From: an uncultured Mollicutes bacterium
Lineage (GTDB): Bacteria > Bacillota_I > Bacilli_A > ML615J-28 > CAG-313
Assembly (NCBI GenBank): GCA_937875785.1
Contig: CALEGV010000007.1
Span: 1 to 60,737, forward strand
Length of the DNA stretch: 60,737 nt
Reading direction: 5' to 3'
Part shown: in pieces, positions 48,001-57,863 of the stretch
Layout of the letters: each line of letters opens with the position of its first letter
Position numbering within the stretch: the stretch's first letter is position 1
Position numbers and translations under genes: made by a program
The notes under the pieces: model-generated
What the model was told of the DNA's origin: nothing
Seen by the model: only the letters and a program-made list of their open reading frames with translations
Databases searched by the model: none

Positions 48001-49343
48001 AATGTTCTTTTTGATTCTGTTTGATTTATAGGGCTATTTTTTAGTTCTTTCTTCGTAGGATTATCTATAACTTCACCATTTTCACTAAATCTTGATCCAT
48101 GACATGGACATTCCCAAGTTTGCTCTTCCTCATTCCATACAAGAGCAGAACCCAAGTGTGTACAGGTTTTTCTACGAGGTTTCAATACATTCTTTAAATA
48201 TGTTCCTAAATTCATAAATAATTGCTTATGAAACATATTCCGATTAGGATTAAATAATTCTTGGTATGGATTATCTCTATTCATAATTAAATCAGTCAAT
48301 ATATTCGCACTAATCATTGCTTGCGTCATTCCCCACAAATTAAATCCCGTTGCAACATATAAATTTTTTCTAAACCCACTGTATTGTCCAATATATGGTT
48401 TATCATCAAGGCTAATACAATCTTGATTTGACCATTCATTTGTAATGCTTGCTGTTGGATAATATTGCTCAACAAATTTTCTTATGCTTTCAAAATGATT
48501 TTCTGACGTACCACTTTTACAATCATTACCTCCAATGATTAAATAGTCTTGATATTTACGGAAATAGAAATCATTTTCATCAAGGTTAGTATATATCCCA
48601 TCAATCTTATCCTTTGTTTTTATAGCTACTACGTACGAACGTTTTTGATACATTTTAGCATAATATAAACCTAAACGATTCACAAAAGGAAAATGAGTAG
48701 TTATAATAATAGAATTGGCTTTAACCATGTGTTCATTTGCAATTACACAATCTTTTTTTATTTTAGTAACTGTAGTATTTTCATATATATCTAATTTTTT
48801 AGAAAGACATGCGATTAGTTTTAAAGGATTCATTTGAGCTTGATTTGGGAATTCAACTGCTTTCACTATTGAGAATGGCAAATCAATCTTTTCTTTTATT
48901 TTTGCATCAATTCCTAAATTTTGCAAACAAATTGCCTCTTCTTCAATCACTTTACTTTCCTTTGTTGAATACAAAAAAGAGGAAAGTTGTTCAAAATCAA
49001 ATGCATATGTTTTGCTTAATTTTTGATAATCTAAAATTGCTTTTTGATTTGCTTCTAAATACAATTTTGTATGATAGTATCCATCTTTTTTAAGACGTTC
49101 TTGATAAAGCGTATCTTGTTGAGAAGTAATAAAGGCAGTAGTATTCTTAGTAATACCCATACCAATTTTATTTTTTTCTAAAACAACTACTTTTTTGCCT
49201 TCCTCTGAAAGCTTATATGCAATCAGTATCCCTGCTATTCCACCACCAACAACTAAAATATCGGTTTCAATATCGGTTTCTAATTTTTTAAATTTTGGAA
49301 GTTCTATTGAATCAATCCAAATTGAATTATTCTTTTTTTCCAT
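47997..49343 (-). CDS. FAD-dependent oxidoreductase with C-terminal Rieske [2Fe-2S] domain
   Basis: VVGGGIAGILIA dinucleotide motif and CTHLGS...CPCHGS Rieske motif. Confidence 0.8.
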   Translation of the reverse strand: MEKKNNSIWIDSIELPKFKKLETDIETDILVVGGGIAGILIAYKLSEEGKKVVVLEKNKIGMGITKNTTAFITSQQDTLYQERLKKDGYYHTKLYLEANQKAILDYQKLSKTYAFDFEQLSSFLYSTKESKVIEEEAICLQNLGIDAKIKEKIDLPFSIVKAVEFPNQAQMNPLKLIACLSKKLDIYENTTVTKIKKDCVIANEHMVKANSIIITTHFPFVNRLGLYYAKMYQKRSYVVAIKTKDKIDGIYTNLDENDFYFRKYQDYLIIGGNDCKSGTSENHFESIRKFVEQYYPTASITNEWSNQDCISLDDKPYIGQYSGFRKNLYVATGFNLWGMTQAMISANILTDLIMNRDNPYQELFNPNRNMFHKQLFMNLGTYLKNVLKPRRKTCTHLGSALVWNEEEQTWECPCHGSRFSENGEVIDNPTKKELKNSPINQTESKRTL

Positions 49344-49389
49344 TTCATCACCTTTTATATTATTATTTACATTTTAAACGATAAAATAC

Positions 49390-49419
49390 AAAAAAAGACA
49401 AGATTTCTTGTCTTTTTTA
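49390..49419 (-). terminator. Terminator after the rlmI-dapF-symporter operon
   Basis: agacaag-attt-cttgtct flanked by A6 and T6. Confidence 0.75.
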
Positions 49420-49468
49420 ATAAAAATAATTTGTCAATTTTGATATGTATCTGGATATACTATATCTA

Positions 49469-50860
49469 TCATTTTAAATTTTTAAAATATTGATTCGTAT
49501 CTTTTGAAACAACCTTACTTAAAGCAAGTAGAGCAATCAAATTAGGAATTGCCATTAATCCATTAAATATTTCAGCAATTGTCCAAATCACATCAACCTT
49601 TAAAAATGCTCCAAGTAAAATAGCAAGAATATATAGCCATTGGTATATTTTTTCAATCATTTTATTCCCACCAGTTACATAATCAAGACATCTTACTCCA
49701 TAAACGTTCCATCCAACGATTGTTGTAAAGGCAAAGCATGTAATACAAATAAATAATAATATAGAACAAACTAAATCACTAAACGGAAGTCCAATTGAAA
49801 AAGCATGATTTGTAATATTAATGCCCTGTAACCCTAAATCCCATGCTCCAGTTAAAACGATACAAATTCCTGTCATTGTACAAATAATTAATGTACCTAA
49901 GAACGTTGAAGTCATTGATATTAATCCTTGCTTCACAGGATCATCAGTTTTGGCAGTTGCCAGAGCGATTGGTGCACTTCCAAGACCTGCTTCATTTGTA
50001 AAAATCCCCTTAGCTACACCTTGTTGAATAGCATTTCGAATTGTGATTGCAACCACACCACCAACTGCTGCTCTTCCTGTAAATGCCATTTTAAAAATAG
50101 AGGCAAACGCGCTAGGAACTTCTTTTATATTCGTAAATATAAGTGTTAAACAAATCACAATGTAAACACTTGCCATAATAGGAATTAAGTATTCACATAC
50201 ACGACCAATCCTCTTTACTCCACCAATTAAAACAAGAGCAGATAATAAAGTAATAATACCTCCAACAATAATGGATACTATTGAAATCTCATTTCCAAAT
50301 AGATGAAAGACATGTAATGAATCCTTATCGAAAACATCTTTTGCGGAATCGGTAATTCCATTTATTTGTGTGAGTGTACCTATTCCGAGGATTGCCGCAA
50401 GCATACCAAGCACAGCAAATACTTTAGCAAGCCACTTAAATTTATGTCCCATTCCAAACTCAATATACGCATGAGGTCCACCAATCAAGCGCCCATTTTC
50501 AATATGTCGATATTTGATAGCTAAAAATCCTTCTGCGTATTTGGTTGCCATTCCAAAAATTGCTGTTATAACCATCCAAAATAACGCACCTGGTCCACCA
50601 ATTGCAATTGCCGCAGCGACACCAGTTATATTCCCTGTACCAATAGTAGCAGAAAGCGAAATACATAAAGCTTGAAATGTAGATACTTCGCCACTTCCTT
50701 CTTCCTTTTGCGTTAGACATTTAAAAGCCTTTGGAAGTTTAGTAACTTGAATTCCTTTCAGTATAATTGTTAACCATAATCCAACAATGATGATTAATGC
50801 AATTAAAGGGATTCCCCAAATAAAATCATGAATTTCATGAATGAATGATACATATTCCAT
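49469..50860 (-). CDS. Alanine/glycine:cation symporter (AGCS family)
   Basis: 463 aa polytopic protein. ATIGTGNITGVAAAIAIGGPGALFWM is the family signature. Confidence 0.85.
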   Translation of the reverse strand: MEYVSFIHEIHDFIWGIPLIALIIIVGLWLTIILKGIQVTKLPKAFKCLTQKEEGSGEVSTFQALCISLSATIGTGNITGVAAAIAIGGPGALFWMVITAIFGMATKYAEGFLAIKYRHIENGRLIGGPHAYIEFGMGHKFKWLAKVFAVLGMLAAILGIGTLTQINGITDSAKDVFDKDSLHVFHLFGNEISIVSIIVGGIITLLSALVLIGGVKRIGRVCEYLIPIMASVYIVICLTLIFTNIKEVPSAFASIFKMAFTGRAAVGGVVAITIRNAIQQGVAKGIFTNEAGLGSAPIALATAKTDDPVKQGLISMTSTFLGTLIICTMTGICIVLTGAWDLGLQGINITNHAFSIGLPFSDLVCSILLFICITCFAFTTIVGWNVYGVRCLDYVTGGNKMIEKIYQWLYILAILLGAFLKVDVIWTIAEIFNGLMAIPNLIALLALSKVVSKDTNQYFKNLK

Positions 50861-50870
50861 ATTTGACTCC

Positions 50871-51671
50871 TTAATGATTGATTATTTTTCCGGCAATACT
50901 AGGTCCAATAATAAAAGGGCCAAATTCGTTCAATCCCGCACGAATCATACCGCCATCTGTTTGTATTGCGACATCATTATCATAAAGTTTTCCTAATTTT
51001 CTAAGAACTAAATACACGGCCATCACACCTGTTCCACACGCTTTGGTAAAACCGACGCCTCTTTCATATGTTTTCACATATATAAAATCATTTCTAAATT
51101 GTACCATATCAATATTTACTTCCTTATGAAAAAGAGGATAATCAAAAATCTCTTGAATATCTACCAATGATTCATCAAAATCTGTAGGTATAATTACGCT
51201 ATGCCATACACCCGTATAAATAAGATTCACTTCATATGTATGATGATTGATTTCTATTGGATACAAAGAGTACCTTTTTCCATGAAAACAATCTTTTGCT
51301 TCATTCATCAAAACCATTACCATAAACGGATAAATAGAAATAATCTTTGTTTGAACAATACCACTTTTAGTGACAACTTGATTTACTTTGCTATGTAGCA
51401 AATTGTGATTATAACAATAATGAATAAAACATCTTATTCCATTGCCACACATTGTAGCAAGACTCCCATCCCGATTATATATGACCATTTCTAAAGGATT
51501 TTGCTTTACTAAAATGAATCCATCATATGTATTCCCACAATATTTCTTGGCTGATTCAGAGTTATCAAACTTATTTTCATACATTCTGATTACAAATGAG
51601 TTTTCACAACCATTATACACTTGTGTCGCATATATTTTTTCACTACTTTGTTTTTCCATATTTCCCACCAT
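50871..51671 (-). CDS. dapF: Diaminopimelate epimerase
   Basis: GCENSFVI, MCGNGIRCF and ACGTG catalytic-Cys motifs. Confidence 0.8.
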   Translation of the reverse strand: MVGNMEKQSSEKIYATQVYNGCENSFVIRMYENKFDNSESAKKYCGNTYDGFILVKQNPLEMVIYNRDGSLATMCGNGIRCFIHYCYNHNLLHSKVNQVVTKSGIVQTKIISIYPFMVMVLMNEAKDCFHGKRYSLYPIEINHHTYEVNLIYTGVWHSVIIPTDFDESLVDIQEIFDYPLFHKEVNIDMVQFRNDFIYVKTYERGVGFTKACGTGVMAVYLVLRKLGKLYDNDVAIQTDGGMIRAGLNEFGPFIIGPSIAGKIINH

Positions 51672-51713
51672 TAACTCACTATTAAGATATTCAAGAACCC
51701 TTATATTTATTTC

Positions 51714-52889
51714 TTATAAAACTCTTAAAATCACACATTTTAAATATAATGATTCATCGCCACCTAATCTTGTAGGATGATCTGGAGATTGAATTTTAAA
51801 ATCTATCATTTGTACCATCTTTTTTGCATCTTTGGCTGCCTCTTTTAACATTTCTAAAAACAAAGCAGGTGTCATATGTTGTGAACAAGAAAACGTAAAT
51901 AAAATACCATTATGCTCTAACAATTGAAGTGCATGCATATTAATTTCTTTATATCCTCGATATGCCTTCTCGATGGTTTCTTTTGATTTGGTGAAAGCAG
52001 GTGGATCAAGAACAATGACATCGTATTTCCCTTTATTTTTTTCATCATGAAGAAAATCAAACACATCAGCACATACGATTTCTATATTCTCTTCAAAATG
52101 ATTTAACTTGGCATTTTCTAAAATATCTTTACAGGCCTTTTCACTAATGTCAACAGCGGTTGCTGATTTTGCCCCATAATGTAAAGCGTGGAGAGAAAAA
52201 CCACCTGTATGTGAAAAACAATCCAAAACATTTTTTTCTTTTACATATCTTTCTAAAGCGGCTCTATTTGTTTTTTGATCTAAAAAATATCCAGTCTTTT
52301 GACCATTTTCTAAATCTACTTTAATGAATACTCCATTTTCTTCTATGGTTACAATGGGATTGAAACTCTTGGGATATAGTATCTGTTTTCTTTCTTCTAA
52401 ACCTTCCTTTTTCCGGACAGAAACATCACTTCGTTCCATGATTCCTAAAGGATGAAATATTTCTATCAATGCTTGCACAATTAAATCTTTATTTTTTTCC
52501 ATTCCAAGTGATAAAACTTGAATAGAAAGATAATCTCCATATTTATCAACAATTAATCCAGGTAATAAATCTGCCTCTCCAAAAACAACACGATAGTTAT
52601 TGTCAAATCTTACATTCTTGCGATACATATACGCATCATAAATTCTTGATTTAAAAAATTCTAAATTGATTTCAATATGTTGGAAACTAAGCATTCTAAC
52701 CATTATTTTACTAGAAGTATTTAAAAAGCCACAACCGATGAAAGTTTTATCCCATGTGTAAACATCACAAATCTCACCTGATACAATATGTCCTTCAAAA
52801 GCCAGAACTTCATTTGAAAAAATCCATGGGTGTCCTTCTAATATTCTTATTTCTTCATTCTTTTTTAAAATTACTTTTTGTATATGCAT
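51714..52889 (-). CDS. Class I SAM-dependent rRNA methyltransferase with PUA domain (RlmI-like)
   Basis: GHPWIFSNEV N-terminus. DCFSHTGGFS and VLDPPAF motifs. Confidence 0.8.
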   Translation of the reverse strand: MHIQKVILKKNEEIRILEGHPWIFSNEVLAFEGHIVSGEICDVYTWDKTFIGCGFLNTSSKIMVRMLSFQHIEINLEFFKSRIYDAYMYRKNVRFDNNYRVVFGEADLLPGLIVDKYGDYLSIQVLSLGMEKNKDLIVQALIEIFHPLGIMERSDVSVRKKEGLEERKQILYPKSFNPIVTIEENGVFIKVDLENGQKTGYFLDQKTNRAALERYVKEKNVLDCFSHTGGFSLHALHYGAKSATAVDISEKACKDILENAKLNHFEENIEIVCADVFDFLHDEKNKGKYDVIVLDPPAFTKSKETIEKAYRGYKEINMHALQLLEHNGILFTFSCSQHMTPALFLEMLKEAAKDAKKMVQMIDFKIQSPDHPTRLGGDESLYLKCVILRVL

Positions 52890-53224
52890 GACTTACCTCT
52901 TTACATCTTTGCATATTATATTACAATTTGACTTTTTTTTCAATTAATTGATTAAAAATCTATTGTTTTTTTGACGATGGATGAAAAATATTGTACAAAT
53001 TAGGCAAAAGAGGATAAGAGATTAAATACATTAATTCTTTATTCTCATCTTGTTACTTTATGTTTCATATTCACTTGCTTTGCATTATAAGTAATATAAA
53101 ACTTCTTTCTACACCTCAAAATACATTTTCTACGTTCTCCATACCTAGTATAAACAAAACTATATTTACCAATTGTTTTGTTTACATGATGATGAAAGAT
53201 TTCATCAGTTTCTTTATTTCTACT

Positions 53225-53269
53225 TTGTCATATTTGACAATAATTTTTTTAATAATGTCAATGTTGACA
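53225..53269. promoter_or_regulatory. Two palindromic operator candidates upstream of the XRE gene
   Basis: TTGTCA-tatt-TGACAA (53225-53240) and TGTCA-atgt-TGACA (53256-53269). Further half-sites TTGTCA (53285-53290) and TGACAA (53316-53321). TATAAT at 53299-53304. Confidence 0.55.
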
Positions 53270-53333
53270 AATAATGTATTTTTCTTGTCAAAATAGTATA
53301 TAATATTAAAAAAAATGACAAAGGAGGCAATGT

Positions 53334-53615
53334 ATGTATTGGTGTAAACGAATAAAAGACTTGCGTGTAGATTCAGATTTAACAATTGCCGAACTTGCCG
53401 AAAAACTAGATATTAGTGCTAGAACAATATCTAGATATGAAAAAGGCATATCAGAGCCAACTGTAAGTGTTTTAATAAAACTATGCTTAATATATAATGT
53501 CAGCATAGATTATATTTGTGGTATAAAAGATACAACAGAAATAACAGAAAAAGGTATTAAAGAGAAATTAACTAACGCAACAGAAAATCTATTAAAACTT
53601 ATCAATGACCTTTAA
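53334..53615 (+). CDS. XRE-family HTH transcriptional regulator
   Basis: 93 aa. AAGGAGG lies 6 nt upstream. LTIAELAEKLDISARTISRYEKG HTH. Confidence 0.85.
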   Translation: MYWCKRIKDLRVDSDLTIAELAEKLDISARTISRYEKGISEPTVSVLIKLCLIYNVSIDYICGIKDTTEITEKGIKEKLTNATENLLKLINDL

Positions 53616-53630
53616 ACTTATAATACTTTA

Positions 53631-53657
53631 AAAGAAGGAAACATCCTTCTTTTTTTA
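53631..53657 (+). terminator. Terminator after the XRE gene
   Basis: aaagaagga-aaca-tccttcttt, a 9-bp stem followed by a T-run. Confidence 0.75.
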
Positions 53658-53722
53658 TATGCATCAGTTAATATTGTAAAAAAAATTTGTTTGAGACTAC
53701 TCATGCTATTTTTGTATAAAAA

Positions 53723-53750
53723 TTGACATTTTTTTCCAAATATGTATAAT
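53723..53750 (+). promoter_or_regulatory. Near-consensus SigA promoter for the IbrA/IbrB-like pair
   Basis: TTGACA (53723-53728), a 16-nt spacer ending in TG, then TATAAT (53745-53750). Confidence 0.6.
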
Positions 53751-53784
53751 ATATTTAAAAGATAAGTAATTGAGGATATGGCCT

Positions 53785-55110
53785 ATGATGAAAAAGTATT
53801 TAAATACAAATGTCTATCAAAATCTACTAAAACGATTAAATTTTATATTTCAACAATTTGATAATATATATGTTTCTTTTTCTGGAGGAAAAGATAGTGG
53901 TCTACTTTTGAATCTTGTTTTAGATTTTCAAAAAAAATATTATCCTAATCGAAAGATTGGCGTTTTTCATCAAGATTTTGAAGCTCAGTATACATTAACT
54001 GTAGAATATGTGGAAAGAACGTTTGAAAGAATTAAAAATGATGTTGAACCCTATTGGGTATGTCTTCCTATGGCTACAAGGACAGCAGTAACAAATTACA
54101 AAATGTTTTGGTATCCATGGGATGATACCAAAAAAGATTTATGGGTTAGAAAAATGCCAGAACATGAGTATGTCATAAATTTAAATAATAATATCATAAC
54201 AACTTATCGCTATAAGATGCATCAAGAAGATTTGGCAAAACAATTTGGTAGATGGTATAAAGACAGCCATAATGAACTATCAACCATTTGTTTGCTTGGA
54301 ATTCGTGCGGATGAATCTTTACAAAGATATAATGGTTTTTTAAATAAAAAATATGGCTATATGGGCCAATGTTGGATTACAAATCAGTTTAAAAATGTAT
54401 GGTGTGCCTCCCCATTATATGATTGGACAGTCAGTGATGTATGGCATGCAAATTTTCTTTTTGGTTATGATTATAATCATATCTATGATTTATACCACAT
54501 GGCAGGTGTAAAACCATCACAAATGCGAGTAGCATCACCTTTTAACGATAGTGCTAAAGAAAGCCTAAACCTTTATCGTATTATTGATCCAGAAATTTGG
54601 GTAAAGTTGGTTGGCAGAGTACATGGAGCAAATTTTGCGGCAATATATGGAAGAACCAAAGCTTTAGGTTATCGCAATATTACACTTCCTGAAGGACACA
54701 CATGGGAATCTTATACTAAATTTCTTCTTTCTACTCTTCCAACTAAAATTAGAAATAATTATGTTAAAAAATTTAATACATCTATCCATTTTTGGCATAC
54801 AACAGGTGGTGGTCTAGAAGACAAAGTAATTAGGGAACTATTAAGTAAAGGTTATAATATTAAATGTAATGGTATATCTAATTATACAGTACTAAAAAAT
54901 AAGCGAATTATTTTTGTCGGAAAAATTCCAGATAATACAGATGATATAAAATCAACAAAAGATATTCCTAGTTGGAAAAGAATGTGTTATTGTATCTTAA
55001 AAAATGATCACACTTGCCGTTTTATGGGATTCGGTTTATCCAGAGAGCAACAAAAAACAATTGAATTAATAAAAGAAAAATATAAAATATTAGACGAGGT
55101 AGAATTATGA
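53785..55110 (+). CDS. ibrA: PAPS-reductase-like PP-loop ATP pyrophosphatase with DUF3440-type C-terminal region (IbrA-like)
   Basis: ATG 53785 after GAGGA. PP-loop VSFSGGKDSGLLLNLV. About 440 aa, matching IbrA/DUF3440 proteins. The stop overlaps the next start (ATGA). Confidence 0.7.
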   Translation: MMKKYLNTNVYQNLLKRLNFIFQQFDNIYVSFSGGKDSGLLLNLVLDFQKKYYPNRKIGVFHQDFEAQYTLTVEYVERTFERIKNDVEPYWVCLPMATRTAVTNYKMFWYPWDDTKKDLWVRKMPEHEYVINLNNNIITTYRYKMHQEDLAKQFGRWYKDSHNELSTICLLGIRADESLQRYNGFLNKKYGYMGQCWITNQFKNVWCASPLYDWTVSDVWHANFLFGYDYNHIYDLYHMAGVKPSQMRVASPFNDSAKESLNLYRIIDPEIWVKLVGRVHGANFAAIYGRTKALGYRNITLPEGHTWESYTKFLLSTLPTKIRNNYVKKFNTSIHFWHTTGGGLEDKVIRELLSKGYNIKCNGISNYTVLKNKRIIFVGKIPDNTDDIKSTKDIPSWKRMCYCILKNDHTCRFMGFGLSREQQKTIELIKEKYKILDEVEL

Positions 55111-55661
55111 GTAACAAAAGTCCTGTTTATCATATTATTGCGGTACCAATAGAAAAGATTATTCCTAACACTTATAATCCAAATTCTGTGGCACCACCAG
55201 AACTTAAATTATTATATGAAAGTATTAAAATTGATGGTTATACAATGCCTATCGTTTGCTACCATAACCAACTGGACGATACATACACAATTGTCGATGG
55301 TTTTCATCGTTATCGTATTATGCTAGAAAATCAAGATATTTATGATCGGGAAGAAGGGATGTTACCTGTATCAGTGATTGATAAGCCTTATGATTATCGA
55401 ATGGCTAGTACAATTAGGCATAATCGCGCTCGTGGTAGCCATAACGTTGATTTAATGAGTAACATTATAAAAGAACTAACAAAATTAGGTCGTTCTGATA
55501 ATTGGATTTCTAAACATTTAGGTATGGATAAAGATGAAATACTACGTCTTAAACAAATTACTGGTTTAGAATCACTATTTAAAGATGTTGAATTTGGAAA
55601 AAGTTGGATTCCAGAAGAGGAAATAAAATTAGATGATGAAAAAGAGGAAAAAAGTAATTAA
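55107..55661 (+). CDS. ibrB: ParB/Srx-fold N-terminal-domain protein (IbrB-like, DGxHR motif)
   Basis: 184 aa. IPNTYNPNSV, IVDGFHRY and IRHNRARGSH motifs. Confidence 0.7.
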   Translation: MSNKSPVYHIIAVPIEKIIPNTYNPNSVAPPELKLLYESIKIDGYTMPIVCYHNQLDDTYTIVDGFHRYRIMLENQDIYDREEGMLPVSVIDKPYDYRMASTIRHNRARGSHNVDLMSNIIKELTKLGRSDNWISKHLGMDKDEILRLKQITGLESLFKDVEFGKSWIPEEEIKLDDEKEEKSN

Positions 55662-55682
55662 TATACTTTTTCCTCTTTTATT
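55641..55682 (+). terminator. Terminator closing the plus-strand islet
   Basis: aaagaggaaaaaagta / tactttttcctcttt (15 bp with one bulge) overlaps the stop, followed by a T-rich tail. Confidence 0.75.
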
Positions 55683-55782
55683 ATTCAATTACTCATAGTT
55701 ATACCTATTTTTTCTCTCACTTCAAAATTATGATATAAACTATATTATATTAAAATCTTACCAAAAAGGTTCAAATGATACA

Positions 55783-56769
55783 TTATTTGGTCAAATTTTT
55801 TTGCATTCCCGCAAATGATTGTACAATTTTAAATCCAGCACCCATATAGATATATCTTGCATGATTGTTTAACCCCGTATAAAAGGTCATAAATTTTGCT
55901 CCATGCATTTTATTATAATATGCAAGGCTACTAAATAAAGCTTTTCCAAGTCCTCTTCCTCTTACTTCTTCTAATATGGCAATTCCATCAAAATGCCCTC
56001 TTCCACTTGTTTCATTCCACATTGCACCTGTCCAACCAACAATTCTGTTGTGTTTGGCAACAACTAGAAATGGATATGGGTGTTCTAAAGATAGATTACT
56101 CCTAATTACCGATTCAAAATCATTAATGTTTAAATCACGATAAAATTCTTCCAAACCATAATGCTTGTTTGGATCATATAGTTCTATCACAATTCCATCT
56201 TTTTTGTTTTCATCTATAATTTTTTTTACACTATCGCTTAATTCATACTGCTCCAAATCTAAATGAAAAGCATCTTGATAAGCATAAGTCTCATATCCGC
56301 GATGTAAATAGAAAAAATACTCATTAGAATTAATTCTAATACCAGGTGAACAAGGATGATCATGATTGTCTGTGTTGGGAATATACCAAGAATAGCAAGA
56401 TGGTAAAAAATATGTTGCGGCAACTTTTGTTCTTCCATGCTCCTTAAAATATTGTTCTAAATTCCTTAAAAGGGTTGACCCTATTCCTTTATGACGATAT
56501 TCTTTTTTTACGATAATAGCATTGATGATCCCCGCAACATTAGGATTATCTAAATATTTTTTTCGCAAATATCCAATGGAATAGGCAATCAGTTCATCAT
56601 TATCATAAACAACTGTAACTGTTTCATAAGTAAAATCAGGGTTTGTGAGAAGTTTTTCTTGGTATTCTTCTAAAGTCATTGGCTTAAAAAAATATTCTTC
56701 TTGGACGACTTCATTCCACAACTCACACATCTTTTCTAAATCCTTTTTTTCTGCTTGAAAGTATTTCAT
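55783..56769 (-). CDS. Tandem GNAT N-acetyltransferase
   Basis: Two acetyl-CoA motifs: YRHKGIGSTLL and VRGRGLGKALF. Confidence 0.75.
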   Translation of the reverse strand: MKYFQAEKKDLEKMCELWNEVVQEEYFFKPMTLEEYQEKLLTNPDFTYETVTVVYDNDELIAYSIGYLRKKYLDNPNVAGIINAIIVKKEYRHKGIGSTLLRNLEQYFKEHGRTKVAATYFLPSCYSWYIPNTDNHDHPCSPGIRINSNEYFFYLHRGYETYAYQDAFHLDLEQYELSDSVKKIIDENKKDGIVIELYDPNKHYGLEEFYRDLNINDFESVIRSNLSLEHPYPFLVVAKHNRIVGWTGAMWNETSGRGHFDGIAILEEVRGRGLGKALFSSLAYYNKMHGAKFMTFYTGLNNHARYIYMGAGFKIVQSFAGMQKNLTK

Positions 56770-56771
56770 AT

Positions 56772-57863
56772 TTATTTTCCTCTTTCTTTTAATTCTTTTA
56801 GAAATTCTTCAATTTCCTGTAATTTATGAATAAAATTGTTTGTATCATTTAGGCTTGGAAGCATAAAGATATGCATATCTTTATTTACTTTAGGTTTATT
56901 TGTTAAAACAAGAATGGATTTAGCACTTTTTTCATTTTGAAACATTGAAATGGGTAGAACGATTAAACACTCTATATGTGCATGTTGATATAGATACGTG
57001 TTAAACAGTTTACTATCTTTATTTGTAAAAAAATCATTATCTATTAAATAAAAAGATGGATGAAATTCTTTATTCAACAAATCATGTTCAATAGCAAGAT
57101 ACGGAAAATAGGTAATATGTTGATCATAAAGTTCGGAATGAAATTCACTATTTTCATAATCATATACCGCTAAATCACTAATGACAACGTCAATATCATG
57201 GATAATATATTCCAAAGTATCTTGATAATACATTGTTAAATCTTCCATCATCATATTGGCCTTATGAACAGCTACTTTTGCAAGCAACTCATGATTTTCC
57301 ATTCCAATCATTTTTACCTCTTTATCCAAATGATTATTTACTGTAAACATAAGATTTCCAATACCAAAATTAGGGTCAAAAATAGTAAGTTTTTTTTCGT
57401 TATAAAAATATGCGTTTAAAAGTTTGGCAAAAATCATACCGATAGCATCAGGAGTAAGAATATCTAATGAAAAATTCACACTTTTATATGCCTTAATATC
57501 TAATAAAAATAGTGCCTTTCTTATTTCCTCTGTATTTAATCCATTTTCTTCCACATCTAATCGAAAGGTTTCTAATATATCATCAATTTCTTTTTGGGCT
57601 TCATCATCAATATGAAGAGGTACCTCATCTAAAAAATAATCTATAACCTTTATCATTGCTTCATAGTAATTCGTTGATGGGCGCTCAACATTATAGTTGG
57701 TGACATCTGAATTTTCATGTTCTTCATCAATTGATGCAAAATAGCATTTCATAATTGCTTCATCAAGTAAATCAACCATTCGATTAATCATATTTCCTTT
57801 TGTTGTTTTTTCTTTTGATACCCATTGATTTCTTTTAGCTTTTTCCATTGTTAACCTCCTCAA
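56772..57863 (-). CDS. Class I SAM-dependent methyltransferase, YtxK-like (N6-adenine-MTase-like fold)
   Basis: 363 aa. IFDPNFGIGNL (motif I-like) and VISDLAVY in place of NPPY. Confidence 0.5.
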   Translation of the reverse strand: MRRLTMEKAKRNQWVSKEKTTKGNMINRMVDLLDEAIMKCYFASIDEEHENSDVTNYNVERPSTNYYEAMIKVIDYFLDEVPLHIDDEAQKEIDDILETFRLDVEENGLNTEEIRKALFLLDIKAYKSVNFSLDILTPDAIGMIFAKLLNAYFYNEKKLTIFDPNFGIGNLMFTVNNHLDKEVKMIGMENHELLAKVAVHKANMMMEDLTMYYQDTLEYIIHDIDVVISDLAVYDYENSEFHSELYDQHITYFPYLAIEHDLLNKEFHPSFYLIDNDFFTNKDSKLFNTYLYQHAHIECLIVLPISMFQNEKSAKSILVLTNKPKVNKDMHIFMLPSLNDTNNFIHKLQEIEEFLKELKERGK

